Positions 1 to 8,434 of a stretch of 64,000 bases of DNA are shown here, one piece after another (position 1 is the first letter of the stretch; each line of letters starts with the position of its first letter). Both the position numbers and the translations under genes were made by a program. This DNA comes from Desulfovibrio sp. (GTDB lineage Bacteria; Desulfobacterota; Desulfovibrionia; Desulfovibrionales; Desulfovibrionaceae), in NCBI GenBank assembly GCA_047602655.1, contig JASGGT010000001.1:5453-69452 (forward strand), written 5' to 3'. The notes beneath the pieces were generated by a model. The model made no database searches. It was given only the letters and a program-made list of their open reading frames with translations, and was not told the DNA's origin.

Positions 1-1157
1 ACCACGCAGAGCAGCGAGGGGGCTGCCGCATAGGCCGCCACCTGAAACACCAGCGAGAATTCGGGCCTTTTGCCCGTTATGAAGCCATAGGTAAAATGCA
101 TCAGCGCCGTCAGCACGTAGAGCTGCACCACAGAAACACCCGTTTTGATCAGGATGGTCATGGGCAGGCTGAGCTGGGGCGAAAGCAGGATGAGCATTTT
201 TTCCAGCTCTGGATCAGAAGCGGCGCTGGGGGCCATGAGCGAAAGAAAAATGCCCGACCATACTCTTTCAATAACAACCTGGATAACGCTGATGATCAGA
301 TAGAACACCAACGGCCGCACCTGCGAGGATTCCGCCCGCATGTGCGCAAAAAAGTTGTGCGCCCCAAACATGACCCGCATGCAGGTGTGATAAAAGGCGG
401 GTATCCAGCCATCGGGCTCGGGCGCTGCCTCCCAGGGATTGGCTGGCCCGTGCTGCGCGTCGTCAATATTTTCGCGGCCGTTTTCAAACCGCGCGGGTTC
501 ACGCGCGGAGGCTGCGCCGGCATTACGGCTGTCGTCATCATCGTCAGCCTGACCAAGGAACCCTTGCCGCGAACCGCGGTTTTGCTGACGGTCGTCGGAC
601 TGGTCGTCATACGGATCGTCATTGCGCTGGCCCGTGCGCCCATTGCCATCCTTGTCGCCACGCGGGCCAAAAAGATTTTTTCCGCCCAGCAGGCCCCACA
701 GGTTACCGAGATTCTTTTCATCGTCGTTCCCGGCCTGGGCGGCGCGTCTGCCGGACGGCCGCCTTTCCGCGGAGGCGCGGCGGTCGCCCGTCCTGTTGTC
801 AGGGGCGTTGTCCGGCTCGTCGTCAGCCTCATCCCCTGGCGGCGTTTGCCGGGCGGAGCGCCCTGGAACAATGGCCCCTGGGGGCAATGGATCATCCTCG
901 CCCGACTGCCAGGCTCCCCGCCCCTGTTGTTCCGCGCCCAGATTTTCAGGCCGTACAGCGCCAGTTTCTGGATCACCATCGTGCGAAGGATTTTCAACAG
1001 GGTATTCCGGCTCGGACAAAACATCCATGACGCCAACACCGGGGACCAGACGGAACCGGCAGGCGCAGTGCGGGCATGTGGCTATAACTGCCTTGGAGGG
1101 CAGACGATCGGCGGGCAATTCGCGGCTGAAACCGCAACGCGGGCAAGTAATGTTCAC
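1..1157 (-). CDS. MJ0042-type zinc-ribbon / Yip1-like membrane protein (3' end runs off the window)
   Basis: Not in the ORF track because there is no stop inside the window. GTG start at 1157 lies 6 nt after AGGAG. The N-terminus VNITCPRCGFSRELPADRLPSKAVIATCPHCACRF has two CxxC pairs. A roughly 200-aa D/R/G-rich linker follows, then hydrophobic helices (VRPLVFYLIISVIQVVIERVW..., MTILIKTGVSVVQLYVLTALMHF). Confidence 0.6.
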   Translation of the reverse strand, partial: MNITCPRCGFSRELPADRLPSKAVIATCPHCACRFRLVPGVGVMDVLSEPEYPVENPSHDGDPETGAVRPENLGAEQQGRGAWQSGEDDPLPPGAIVPGRSARQTPPGDEADDEPDNAPDNRTGDRRASAERRPSGRRAAQAGNDDEKNLGNLWGLLGGKNLFGPRGDKDGNGRTGQRNDDPYDDQSDDRQQNRGSRQGFLGQADDDDDSRNAGAASAREPARFENGRENIDDAQHGPANPWEAAPEPDGWIPAFYHTCMRVMFGAHNFFAHMRAESSQVRPLVFYLIISVIQVVIERVWSGIFLSLMAPSAASDPELEKMLILLSPQLSLPMTILIKTGVSVVQLYVLTALMHFTYGFITGKRPEFSLVFQVAAYAAAPSLLCV

Positions 1158-1335
1158 AAAAAGCTCCTAGGCTGACCGGCAACACCGGCACATAATTCAC
1201 CGTCACTTTAGCCGCAGGCACCCATACTGGCAAGTGCCGCCTGCCCTCGTGCAACATTGCGGCGCATGGTTCGGGCAGTACGGCCTGTGCCCCGGATTTT
1301 GCACCGCTGCAAGCCGCCGAGCGCCTGGAGCTTTG

Positions 1336-1364
1336 TTGACAGCATGCAGAACAACGTCTATTTT
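1336..1364 (+). promoter_or_regulatory. sigma70-type promoter for the riboswitch leader
   Basis: TTGACA (1336-1341), 17-nt spacer, TATTTT (1359-1364), just upstream of the aptamer. Confidence 0.4.
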
Positions 1365-1367
1365 GAA

Positions 1368-1470
1368 GGTTCAAGGGGAGTAGCTGGGTTCTTGAAACCC
1401 GGGCGACATCAACAGCATGGCCTCATGGCCTGGTGTCGCCGTCGGTACAGCCGATTAGTGAGACCTTGGC
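1368..1470 (+). promoter_or_regulatory. yybP-ykoY (Mn2+) riboswitch aptamer
   Basis: Conserved blocks are GGGGAGUAGC (1375-1384), GACAU (1405-1409) and AUUAGUGAGACC (1454-1465). P1 pairs CAAGG (1372-1376) with CCUUG (1464-1468). A cation transporter gene lies downstream. Confidence 0.8.
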
Positions 1471-1500
1471 GTTACAACGCCAAGGTCTTTTTTTATTTTT
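1462..1500 (+). terminator. rho-independent terminator (riboswitch expression platform)
   Basis: Stem GACCTTGGCG/CGCCAAGGTC (1462-1471/1478-1487), loop TTACAA, then T7 and ATTTTT. The left arm re-uses the 3' strand of aptamer P1. Confidence 0.8.
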
Positions 1501-1512
1501 AAGGAGATCAGC

Positions 1513-2733
1513 ATGACCATTCGCGCACTGCGCCCGTACATCATTGCCGTGGGCATGACCCTGCCCGGCGTTGGGCTGCGTTTTCTGCACCCTGACGTTT
1601 CACCGCTTCTGGTGGCTCTGCTTTCGGGCATGGCCATTCTGGGCGCGTCCTTTCTGCTCACATGGGCGTGCGAAGTCGCCCAGATGGACATTCCGCAGGC
1701 TGTGGCCGTGGCTGTGGTGGCCTTTATCGCCGTGCTGCCCGAATACGCCGTGGACATGTACTTTACCTGGATGGCGGGCCAGCACCCCGAGAGTGCGTAC
1801 TCCCACTACGCCATTGCCAATATGACCGGGGCCAACCGCCTGCTCATCGGCGTGGGCTGGTCAGCCATTGTGCTTGTTTTTGCCAGACGGTTCCATACGG
1901 GCGTTTCCCTGCCGGACGACAAGCGTACGGACGTGCTCTTTCTCGGGCTGGCGACCATTTACGCCCTCTTTATTCCGCTCAAGGGTTCGCTGACCTGGGT
2001 TGACGGCGTAGTGCTGCTGGCCATCTACATCTGGTACATCTGTATTATTGCCCGCAGACCCGTGGAAGAGGAAGAACCCGAAGGCCCCGCGGCCCTGCTG
2101 GCCCACTTTGCCAAAAAGGTGCGCCTGCGCAGCGTTATTCTTATTTTTCTTTTTTCGGCGCTGGTTATTCTGTGCAATGCCGAACCCTTCAGCGAGAGTC
2201 TGGTCGCCAGCGGAAAACTGCTCGGCATCAACGAATTTTTGCTGGTGCAGTGGCTTGCGCCTCTTGCCTCGGAATCACCCGAATTCATCATTGCCCTCAT
2301 GTTTGCCGCACGGGGCAATGCTTCTCTCGCTCTGGGCAGCCTGCTTTCGTCCAAGCTGAACCAGTGGACCCTGCTCGTGGGCATGATCCCCGGTGTCTAC
2401 GCCGCGTCATCCGGCTCGATTTCGCCCTCCATAAACCTTGACACTCACCAGTTTCAGGAAATACTACTGACCGCCGGGCAGTCCCTTTTTGCCGTGGCCC
2501 TGCTGGTGGATCTGCGCCTGCGGGTGCGCGAGGCCCTGTGGCTGTTCATACTGTTTGCAGCCCAGTTGCTCTCGCCGCTTTATGATGTGCAGATTGAGGC
2601 CCTGCTGGGTCTGGCGCACGACCCTCTGCGCCTGCACTATTTCTTTGCGCAGGTGTATCTGGTGCTGGCGGCGGTGCTGCTGCTCAGAAACTGGCGCGGT
2701 CTTCTGCGCCTGCGTGAAGGATTCAAGGTTTAA
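1513..2733 (+). CDS. Ca2+/cation antiporter (CaCA) family membrane protein
   Basis: 406 aa and polytopic. Has a sodium/calcium-exchanger-like alpha-repeat (LAPLASESPEFIIALMFA). AAGGAG RBS lies 7 nt upstream of the ATG. Confidence 0.75.
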   Translation: MTIRALRPYIIAVGMTLPGVGLRFLHPDVSPLLVALLSGMAILGASFLLTWACEVAQMDIPQAVAVAVVAFIAVLPEYAVDMYFTWMAGQHPESAYSHYAIANMTGANRLLIGVGWSAIVLVFARRFHTGVSLPDDKRTDVLFLGLATIYALFIPLKGSLTWVDGVVLLAIYIWYICIIARRPVEEEEPEGPAALLAHFAKKVRLRSVILIFLFSALVILCNAEPFSESLVASGKLLGINEFLLVQWLAPLASESPEFIIALMFAARGNASLALGSLLSSKLNQWTLLVGMIPGVYAASSGSISPSINLDTHQFQEILLTAGQSLFAVALLVDLRLRVREALWLFILFAAQLLSPLYDVQIEALLGLAHDPLRLHYFFAQVYLVLAAVLLLRNWRGLLRLREGFKV

Positions 2734-2830
2734 AGCTATTGTATTTACCGCCCGCATGTGTTCCTGTGCCAGCACATGCGGGCTTTGCCGCAAAACCCCG
2801 TCGGTCAGTCTTTTCTGACCGCTACAATGG

Positions 2831-3898
2831 ATGAATATGCCCCGCTTAGTCTTTTTTCTGCTTCTGCTTTTGCCTCTGCTGGCATGCGCGCAAGCTGCCC
2901 TTGCCGCCCGTCTGCCCGAAGTGCAGGCAGCGGGGTCACTGAAAGCTGAAACTCCGGTTCAGGGCATAAAAAAAATTCCGGCCGGCACGGAAGCCGCCGA
3001 CACGCCTCCCACATTGCTGGCCGCCGCTGATCCGAATGCGGGCGCGGGCCGGCATGGTGTCGCCAGTTCCGATACAGGCCCCGATACAGGCCCCGACACA
3101 GGCCTCGACACGGCGGAGTCCGCAGCGGGGCAAGAACTGGCCGCAAGGCCCGACCTGCCGACTCTGGAACGCTCCGAAGCAGCGCAGGCAAGCCAGGACA
3201 CGGCCGTGCCGGATACAGCGGACAAAACCGACAAAAAAACCGCAGCAGCCATCATTTCCGGTTCTCGCCGCCCTGGCATCATTGAACACCAGATTGTGCG
3301 CACCAACCGGGAAGACAAACCGGATATCAACCTCAGCTATCCTTCCCTGGGCATTCGCACTATAGATGCCAATATCCGCGAATGGGCCACGGGCATAGCC
3401 GATGCCTTTGAAGAAACCTTCAATTCGCCCGGTCTGTACCCGGATGAAAACCGCCCGGTTCCCGAACTGTGGTGTTCCTATTCTGTCAGCCACCCTTCGG
3501 ACAAGGCGCTGAGCATCACCTTTGAAGTCTGGACGTACACGGGTGGCTCACAGGGCAATCTGGACGTCATGACCTTGAACTACAGCCTGCTGACAGGCCA
3601 GCGCCTTGGGCTGGTGGATATTTTTGAAGATCCGGACGCGGCCCTTGCCATCATGTCCGCATGGTCGCGCAGGGAGCTTTTCCAGCGTCTCGGCGGCATG
3701 CGTCAGGAGCAGTACCTGCGCACAGGCCTTAATCCTGTGCCGGAAAACTTCGCCAGCCTGACCCTGACCCCCTCGGGCATACGCATCAACTTTCAGCCCT
3801 ATCAGGTGGCCCCTGGCATGGCTGGCGCGCAGAAGGTGGAAATCCCCATTGAAGAGCTCCAGCCTGCGCACCCCCTGATGCTGCTCTGGGGCAAATAA
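2831..3898 (+). CDS. exported DUF3298/DUF4163 (RsiV/PdaC C-terminal-like) protein
   Basis: Signal peptide MNMPRLVFFLLLLLPLLACAQA, then a low-complexity linker. The C-terminal part (INLSYPSLG...SITFEVWTYTGGSQGNLDVMTLNYSL...LTPSGIRINFQPYQVAP) is typical of DUF3298. Confidence 0.65.
   Translation: MNMPRLVFFLLLLLPLLACAQAALAARLPEVQAAGSLKAETPVQGIKKIPAGTEAADTPPTLLAAADPNAGAGRHGVASSDTGPDTGPDTGLDTAESAAGQELAARPDLPTLERSEAAQASQDTAVPDTADKTDKKTAAAIISGSRRPGIIEHQIVRTNREDKPDINLSYPSLGIRTIDANIREWATGIADAFEETFNSPGLYPDENRPVPELWCSYSVSHPSDKALSITFEVWTYTGGSQGNLDVMTLNYSLLTGQRLGLVDIFEDPDAALAIMSAWSRRELFQRLGGMRQEQYLRTGLNPVPENFASLTLTPSGIRINFQPYQVAPGMAGAQKVEIPIEELQPAHPLMLLWGK
3071..3112 (+). repeat. 12-nt tandem repeat (GATACAGGCCCC x about 3.5) encoding DTGP repeats
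   Basis: Read directly: gatacaggcccc gatacaggcccc gacacaggcctc gacacg, inside the linker of the DUF3298 gene. Confidence 0.7.
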
Positions 3899-3928
3899 CG
3901 CCCCTCGCTGTAGCGATCTCGTATATGC

Positions 3929-3954
3929 AAAAAGCCCCTTTCGGGGCTTTTTTT
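3929..3954. terminator. bidirectional rho-independent terminator
   Basis: AAAAAGCCCC-TTTC-GGGGCTTTTT between the convergent DUF3298 gene (+) and uvrC (-). Confidence 0.8.
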
Positions 3955-3984
3955 GTGAGCAGTCGTCAGTTTGCGCAACGGCCA

Positions 3985-5928
3985 TCAATCCAAACCGCGC
4001 AGCTTTTCGCGCAGCAGAGCGGCCTTGGCGGGGCCGATGCCGGGAATCTTGCACAAATCCTCCACCCCTGCGGCCCGCATGGCCTCAACACTGCCAAAGT
4101 TGTCCCACAACAAACGCGCCGTGGCAGGGCCGATGCCCGGCAGGCGCATCAGCTCGCCAGACAGGGCCGCACCTTGTCGTGCGCGGCGGTGTCGGCCAAT
4201 GGCAAAACGGTGGGTATTGTCGCGCACGTTCTGCAAAAACAGCAGTTCCGGGCCGCCTTCACGCAGGGGCAGCGGATTGGCGCGGTTAGGCACAAAAATT
4301 CTGTCAGCCACATTGCCCGCACGGCGGTCGGCGTGGCCCTCCTCATCCCTGGCCTTGGCAATGGCCGCGAGGGCGAAAAGGTCTTCCTGCCCGGCCTCGC
4401 GCAGGGCGCGCTGCACGGAGCCGAGCTGCCCGCGCCCACCGTCTATGAGCAGCAAATCCGGCCACGGCGGGCCGCTCTCAATTCTACGCGCCACCCAGGC
4501 GTACAGGGTTGCGTAGTCATCTCCGCTGTCGGGCATGGCATAGGCCCGGTACTGCGAGCGTTCGGGCTTGCCGTCCTCAAAAACAACCATGCCCACGCGT
4601 GTCTGTTGCCCGCCGGTGTGGGACACGTCCACGCACTCAATACGCATGGGCGGGCCGGGCAGGTGCAGGGCCTTTGCCAGCCGCTCCAGAATATTCTGAT
4701 CCGGTTTCTGCTCCTGACGGCGGGCTTCCTCACGCGCGTTGGACTGCGCAAGGTCTATGAGCTGATTGTCGCCAGCATTTTGCGGCGGCACAATGCGCAC
4801 GGCCCCACCCCGGCGGTCCGCCAGGGTCTGTTCCAGGGCATCGCGGGTGGACGCGCCGCCTTCTGCCGTCTGCCCGCTTTCGACTGCCAGTCCGTTTTCC
4901 GCTGCCGCGCTGCCCCCCTCCGCCTCCCGCTCTTCTTCCCGACCTTCTTTCTGATCTTCTTCCTGGCCTTCTTCCAGATCGGCGGGAATCCAGGGCAGGA
5001 GCACGCGCGGGGGCGGCGTGGCCTGGCTGTAATACTGCCCCATGAACGACCAGAGCAGTTCCGGCGCGTCTTCAAAGGTCAGGCCCGACCAGTAAAAGGC
5101 CCGCCCGTCCGTCACCGCCCCGTTGCGCACAAAGATAAGCCCCAGCGCCAGCCCCTTGTCCGCAGAGAACAGGCCCACCACGTCCATGTCGCCGCCGCCG
5201 GGCAGTACGGCGGCCTGCCGTTCAACCGTGCTTTCCACAGCGCGTATCTGGTCGCGCAGGCTGGCGGCCCTTTCAAATTCCAGTTCTTCGGAGGCCTGTT
5301 CCATGGCGGCGCGCAGCCCGCCAAGCAGCTCGGCGGAGCGGCCCTGGAGCAGATCCGTCACCTTGCGCACATTCTCGTTGTATTCCTGCGATGTCACCAT
5401 GCCCATGCACGGCGCGGGGCATTGCCCCATAAAGTGATACAGGCAGGGCCGCACACGGTTTTTCATGGCCTTGTCGGTGCAGCGCCGCAGGGCAAAGGCA
5501 CGGTGGATGAGCTTCCACGTTTCGCGTGCCGCCAGAGCGGACGTGAACGGGCCAAAATAACGCGCGCCGTCCCGCCGCGCCTGCCGCACGATTTCCAGCC
5601 GGGGAAAGGGATGCTTGGGATTGATGCGAAAAAGCACGTACTGCTTGTCGTCGCGCAGCACGATATTGTAGTGCGGCCTGTGCTTTTTGATGCAACTGGC
5701 TTCCAGCAGCAGGGCCTCTTTTTCCGTGGTGGTGGTCAGGTACTCGATGCTCTCGGCATGCGAAAGCATGGCCCGCGTTTTGGCGGGCAGCCCTTCTGGC
5801 CGAAAGTAGGAGAGCACCCGGCGGCGCAGCACGCGCGCCTTGCCCACATAGATGATGCGGCCCTTGGCGTCCTTGTACAGGTATACGCCGGGAGTAAGGG
5901 GAATGCTGGATGATTCGGGCTTCTGCAT
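3985..5928 (-). CDS. uvrC: excinuclease ABC subunit C
   Basis: GIY-YIG N-terminus (GVYLYKDAKGRIIYVGKARVLRRRVLSYF), a UVR domain, and a C-terminal (HhH)2 (LMRLPGIGPATARLL...IPGIGPAKAALL). Start moved to the internal ATG at 5928 (MQKPESS). The track ORF extends to 6012. Confidence 0.9.
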   Translation of the reverse strand: MQKPESSSIPLTPGVYLYKDAKGRIIYVGKARVLRRRVLSYFRPEGLPAKTRAMLSHAESIEYLTTTTEKEALLLEASCIKKHRPHYNIVLRDDKQYVLFRINPKHPFPRLEIVRQARRDGARYFGPFTSALAARETWKLIHRAFALRRCTDKAMKNRVRPCLYHFMGQCPAPCMGMVTSQEYNENVRKVTDLLQGRSAELLGGLRAAMEQASEELEFERAASLRDQIRAVESTVERQAAVLPGGGDMDVVGLFSADKGLALGLIFVRNGAVTDGRAFYWSGLTFEDAPELLWSFMGQYYSQATPPPRVLLPWIPADLEEGQEEDQKEGREEEREAEGGSAAAENGLAVESGQTAEGGASTRDALEQTLADRRGGAVRIVPPQNAGDNQLIDLAQSNAREEARRQEQKPDQNILERLAKALHLPGPPMRIECVDVSHTGGQQTRVGMVVFEDGKPERSQYRAYAMPDSGDDYATLYAWVARRIESGPPWPDLLLIDGGRGQLGSVQRALREAGQEDLFALAAIAKARDEEGHADRRAGNVADRIFVPNRANPLPLREGGPELLFLQNVRDNTHRFAIGRHRRARQGAALSGELMRLPGIGPATARLLWDNFGSVEAMRAAGVEDLCKIPGIGPAKAALLREKLRGLD

Positions 5929-6063
5929 GACAAAAGAATGGGGAGTTAAAGAAAAAAAGCAAGTGCGGGGGAAAAAGCCAAAAGGCTTCCATCCCCCGCG
6001 CTCCTCCTGCAAAACTGGCGGGCGCCTGCTCGCGCAGCCGCCAGAGCAATTTTAAGGATTGCC

Positions 6064-7275
6064 CTAAATCAGACCCTTCTGCATCATTTCGGCCACCTGG
6101 GCCACGTCCTTGTCGCCACGGCCAGAGAGGTTCACCAGCAAAATGCCGTCCACAGGCATGGCGGGGGCCATCTTCATGGCGTGGGCCAGCGCGTGGGAAG
6201 ACTCCAGCGCCGGAATGATGCCTTCGTGCCGCGAAAGGGAGAAAAAGGCGTCCAGAGCTTCCCTGTCGGTCACGCTGACGTATTCGGCGCGGCCCATATC
6301 CTTGAGCAGGGCGTGTTCCGGCCCCACAGAGGGATAATCAAGCCCGGCGGAAATGGAGTACACTTCGCCCGCCTCGCCCGCAGGGTCCTTGATCATGTAG
6401 GAATTGAAGCCGTGCATGACACCGGGCTCGCCCAGGCAGAGGGATGCGGCATGCTCGCCGTAGCTGTTGCCGCGTCCGCCGGGTTCCACGCCCAAAAGGC
6501 GCACGTCCGCATCGTCAAGAAAGCCCGCAAACAGGCCGATGGCGTTGGAGCCGCCGCCCACGCAGCCAAGGCAGGCATCGGGCAGACGGCCGGTTTCGGC
6601 CAGCATCTGGGCGCGGGCCTCGCGCCCCACCACTGACTGGAAAACGAGCACCATATATGGATACGGATGCGGCCCCACTGCAGAACCGAGCACATAGAAC
6701 ATTTCCGGATCTTCAATCCACTTGCCCAGGGCTTCGTCCACGGCTTCCTTGAGGGTGCGCTGGCCGCTCTTGGCAGCCACCACGCGCGAACCGAGCATCT
6801 CCATGCGGATAACATTGAGGTGCTGGCGCTCCATATCCACTTCACCCATGCAGATGGTGCATTCCAGCCCCATCAGGGCCGCTGTGGCCGCAGTGGCCAC
6901 ACCATGCTGGCCTGCGCCGGTTTCTGCGATAACGCGCTTCTTGCCCATGCGCTTTGCCAGCAGGCACTGTCCAAGGGTATTGTTGATCTTGTGCGCGCCA
7001 AGATGGTTGAGATCTTCGCGCTTGAGCCATATCTGCGCGCCGCCAAGGTGACGGCTCAGATTGGCGCAGTGGAACACCGGATTGGGCCGCCCCGTGTAGT
7101 GGGAGCAAAGATAATCCAGCTCTTTCTGAAAGGACGGATCCGCCTCGGCGGCCTTCATGGCTTCCGCCACTTCGTCCAGACGGGCCTTGAGAGGCTCGGG
7201 TACGAACTGCCCGCCGTAGGCCCCAAAAAAGCCCTTGCTGTCAGGAATGCCGTAAGGGGCGGAATGCTGGCTCAT
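6064..7275 (-). CDS. trpB: tryptophan synthase beta chain (stand-alone, no trpA nearby)
   Basis: GFFGAYGGQFVPE, LNHLGAHKINN and GGGSNAIG motifs. GAAGGAG RBS. Confidence 0.9.
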   Translation of the reverse strand: MSQHSAPYGIPDSKGFFGAYGGQFVPEPLKARLDEVAEAMKAAEADPSFQKELDYLCSHYTGRPNPVFHCANLSRHLGGAQIWLKREDLNHLGAHKINNTLGQCLLAKRMGKKRVIAETGAGQHGVATAATAALMGLECTICMGEVDMERQHLNVIRMEMLGSRVVAAKSGQRTLKEAVDEALGKWIEDPEMFYVLGSAVGPHPYPYMVLVFQSVVGREARAQMLAETGRLPDACLGCVGGGSNAIGLFAGFLDDADVRLLGVEPGGRGNSYGEHAASLCLGEPGVMHGFNSYMIKDPAGEAGEVYSISAGLDYPSVGPEHALLKDMGRAEYVSVTDREALDAFFSLSRHEGIIPALESSHALAHAMKMAPAMPVDGILLVNLSGRGDKDVAQVAEMMQKGLI

Positions 7276-7480
7276 GCGATCTCCTTCTTCATGCTGTGTT
7301 TCTGCAAATATCTGCGGCCTGCGCGGTTTTCAGCCCATAAAAGGTCATCCGGCGGCGGCATTTCAAAAAACTTTGTCACTCTGGCGTGTTGCCCGCGCCA
7401 TGTCAAGATGCCGCCCAAAATACCCGCACAGGGCGGGACTTTCCGGTTTATCCGCGATTTGCGCGGCATCAGCCGCAACC

Positions 7481-7509
7481 TTGCCCGCAATGGCGCTTTG
7501 CCCTATAGT
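7481..7509 (+). promoter_or_regulatory. sigma70-type promoter for the thyX-like gene
   Basis: TTGCCC (7481-7486), 17 nt, TATAGT (7504-7509), about 45 nt upstream of the ATG at 7553. Confidence 0.4.
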
Positions 7510-7552
7510 CTGCCTCTGTTGTACTGACCCATATTAGATTAGGCGGAGATCC

Positions 7553-8347
7553 ATGCTTGACGAAAAATACACTGGCAACGGCAAGGTTGTGCTGCTGGCA
7601 GGCGGCGGAAAAATCTACACGGATATCGCCGCCCGGTTTGTGCGCAGCGAGCGCGATCTGGAAGAGATTGTGGCCTCGCCCTACTCGCGCCAGATAGTGC
7701 AGAATATCCTCGATTCCGGCCACAGGGCCGCACTTGAGTTCGACTTTTTTCTCTTTGGCGTTGAGGGCTATTCGCGCGTTACCGAGACCCAGCTTGTACG
7801 TAAGCGGCTGGCCTCGTACCTTATCAAATCCGGGCGGGCGGAACTGGGCGGCAAGCGCCGCTATTCCGTGGTGTATCCGCGCAGCGTGGCCGAATTTTCC
7901 GCGCAGGTGACCCTGCCCGACGGGCACACGGCAACCCTCAGTGGGCACGATCTGGCTGACATTTCACGGCAGTGGTATGATGCGGGCCTTGACGCGGGCC
8001 TGCCAGAAGAAGATTTGCGCTACCTGAAGCCACAGGCCACAGAATTCAAGGCCATCATCGGCATGAACGCCCACGCGCTGCTCGACTGGTTTGCCATCCG
8101 CTGCTGCCGCAACGCCCAGCATGAAATACGCCATCTGGCGTGGCAGATGCTGCGCCTCAGCCGCAAGACCGCCCCCGATCTCTTTGCAGGTGCTGGCCCA
8201 AGTTGCGTACAGATGGGCTATTGCCCGGAAAACAAGCGCCAGCACGCCAGCTGCGTGGGCCGCGTGTTCACCAAGGAGCAGGCGCTTGAAGTGCTGCGCT
8301 CGCACGGCGGGCAGCAGACCAGCGCGGAAGACTTTACCGATCAATAA
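7553..8347 (+). CDS. ThyX-family (FAD-dependent thymidylate synthase-like) protein, divergent signature
   Basis: SGHRAALEFDFFLFGVEGYSRVTETQLVRKRLASYLIKSGR matches the ThyX motif R-H-R-x2-S-x4-S-x-R except for His to Lys. The C-terminus carries CVQMGYCPENKRQHASC. Confidence 0.6.
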   Translation: MLDEKYTGNGKVVLLAGGGKIYTDIAARFVRSERDLEEIVASPYSRQIVQNILDSGHRAALEFDFFLFGVEGYSRVTETQLVRKRLASYLIKSGRAELGGKRRYSVVYPRSVAEFSAQVTLPDGHTATLSGHDLADISRQWYDAGLDAGLPEEDLRYLKPQATEFKAIIGMNAHALLDWFAIRCCRNAQHEIRHLAWQMLRLSRKTAPDLFAGAGPSCVQMGYCPENKRQHASCVGRVFTKEQALEVLRSHGGQQTSAEDFTDQ

Positions 8348-8377
8348 GATTTGCCCAAAAGGCTTGCAAAAAAGTTT

Positions 8378-8418
8378 GCGGTTACGCGCTCAATGTGCGC
8401 GTAACCGCATTTTCTTTT
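8378..8418 (+). terminator. rho-independent terminator
   Basis: GCGGTTACGCGC-TCAATGT-GCGCGTAACCGC followed by ATTTTCTTTT. Confidence 0.75.
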
Positions 8419-8434
8419 GCCCTTATGGAGCCCT

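Noticed and set aside
96-1175. 359-aa plus-strand ORF, with overlapping 182-aa and 247-aa ORFs, at the window start
   Set aside because: It is antisense or out of frame relative to the GTG-initiated zinc-ribbon/Yip1 gene. The translations are Arg/Gly/Pro/Ala-rich low-complexity sequence, typical of wrong-frame reads in high-GC DNA.
3925-5913. 662-aa plus-strand ORF
   Set aside because: It is a mirror image of uvrC on the opposite strand. It has no motifs, extreme Ala/Arg/Gly content and no RBS.
7272-7361. 29-codon upstream ORF (MPPPDDLLWAENRAGRRYLQKHSMKKEIA) ending in ATGA overlap with the trpB start, as a possible Trp leader peptide
   Set aside because: It has only one Trp codon, no tandem Trp, no obvious alternative terminator/antiterminator hairpins and no clear RBS. 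It is probably chance.
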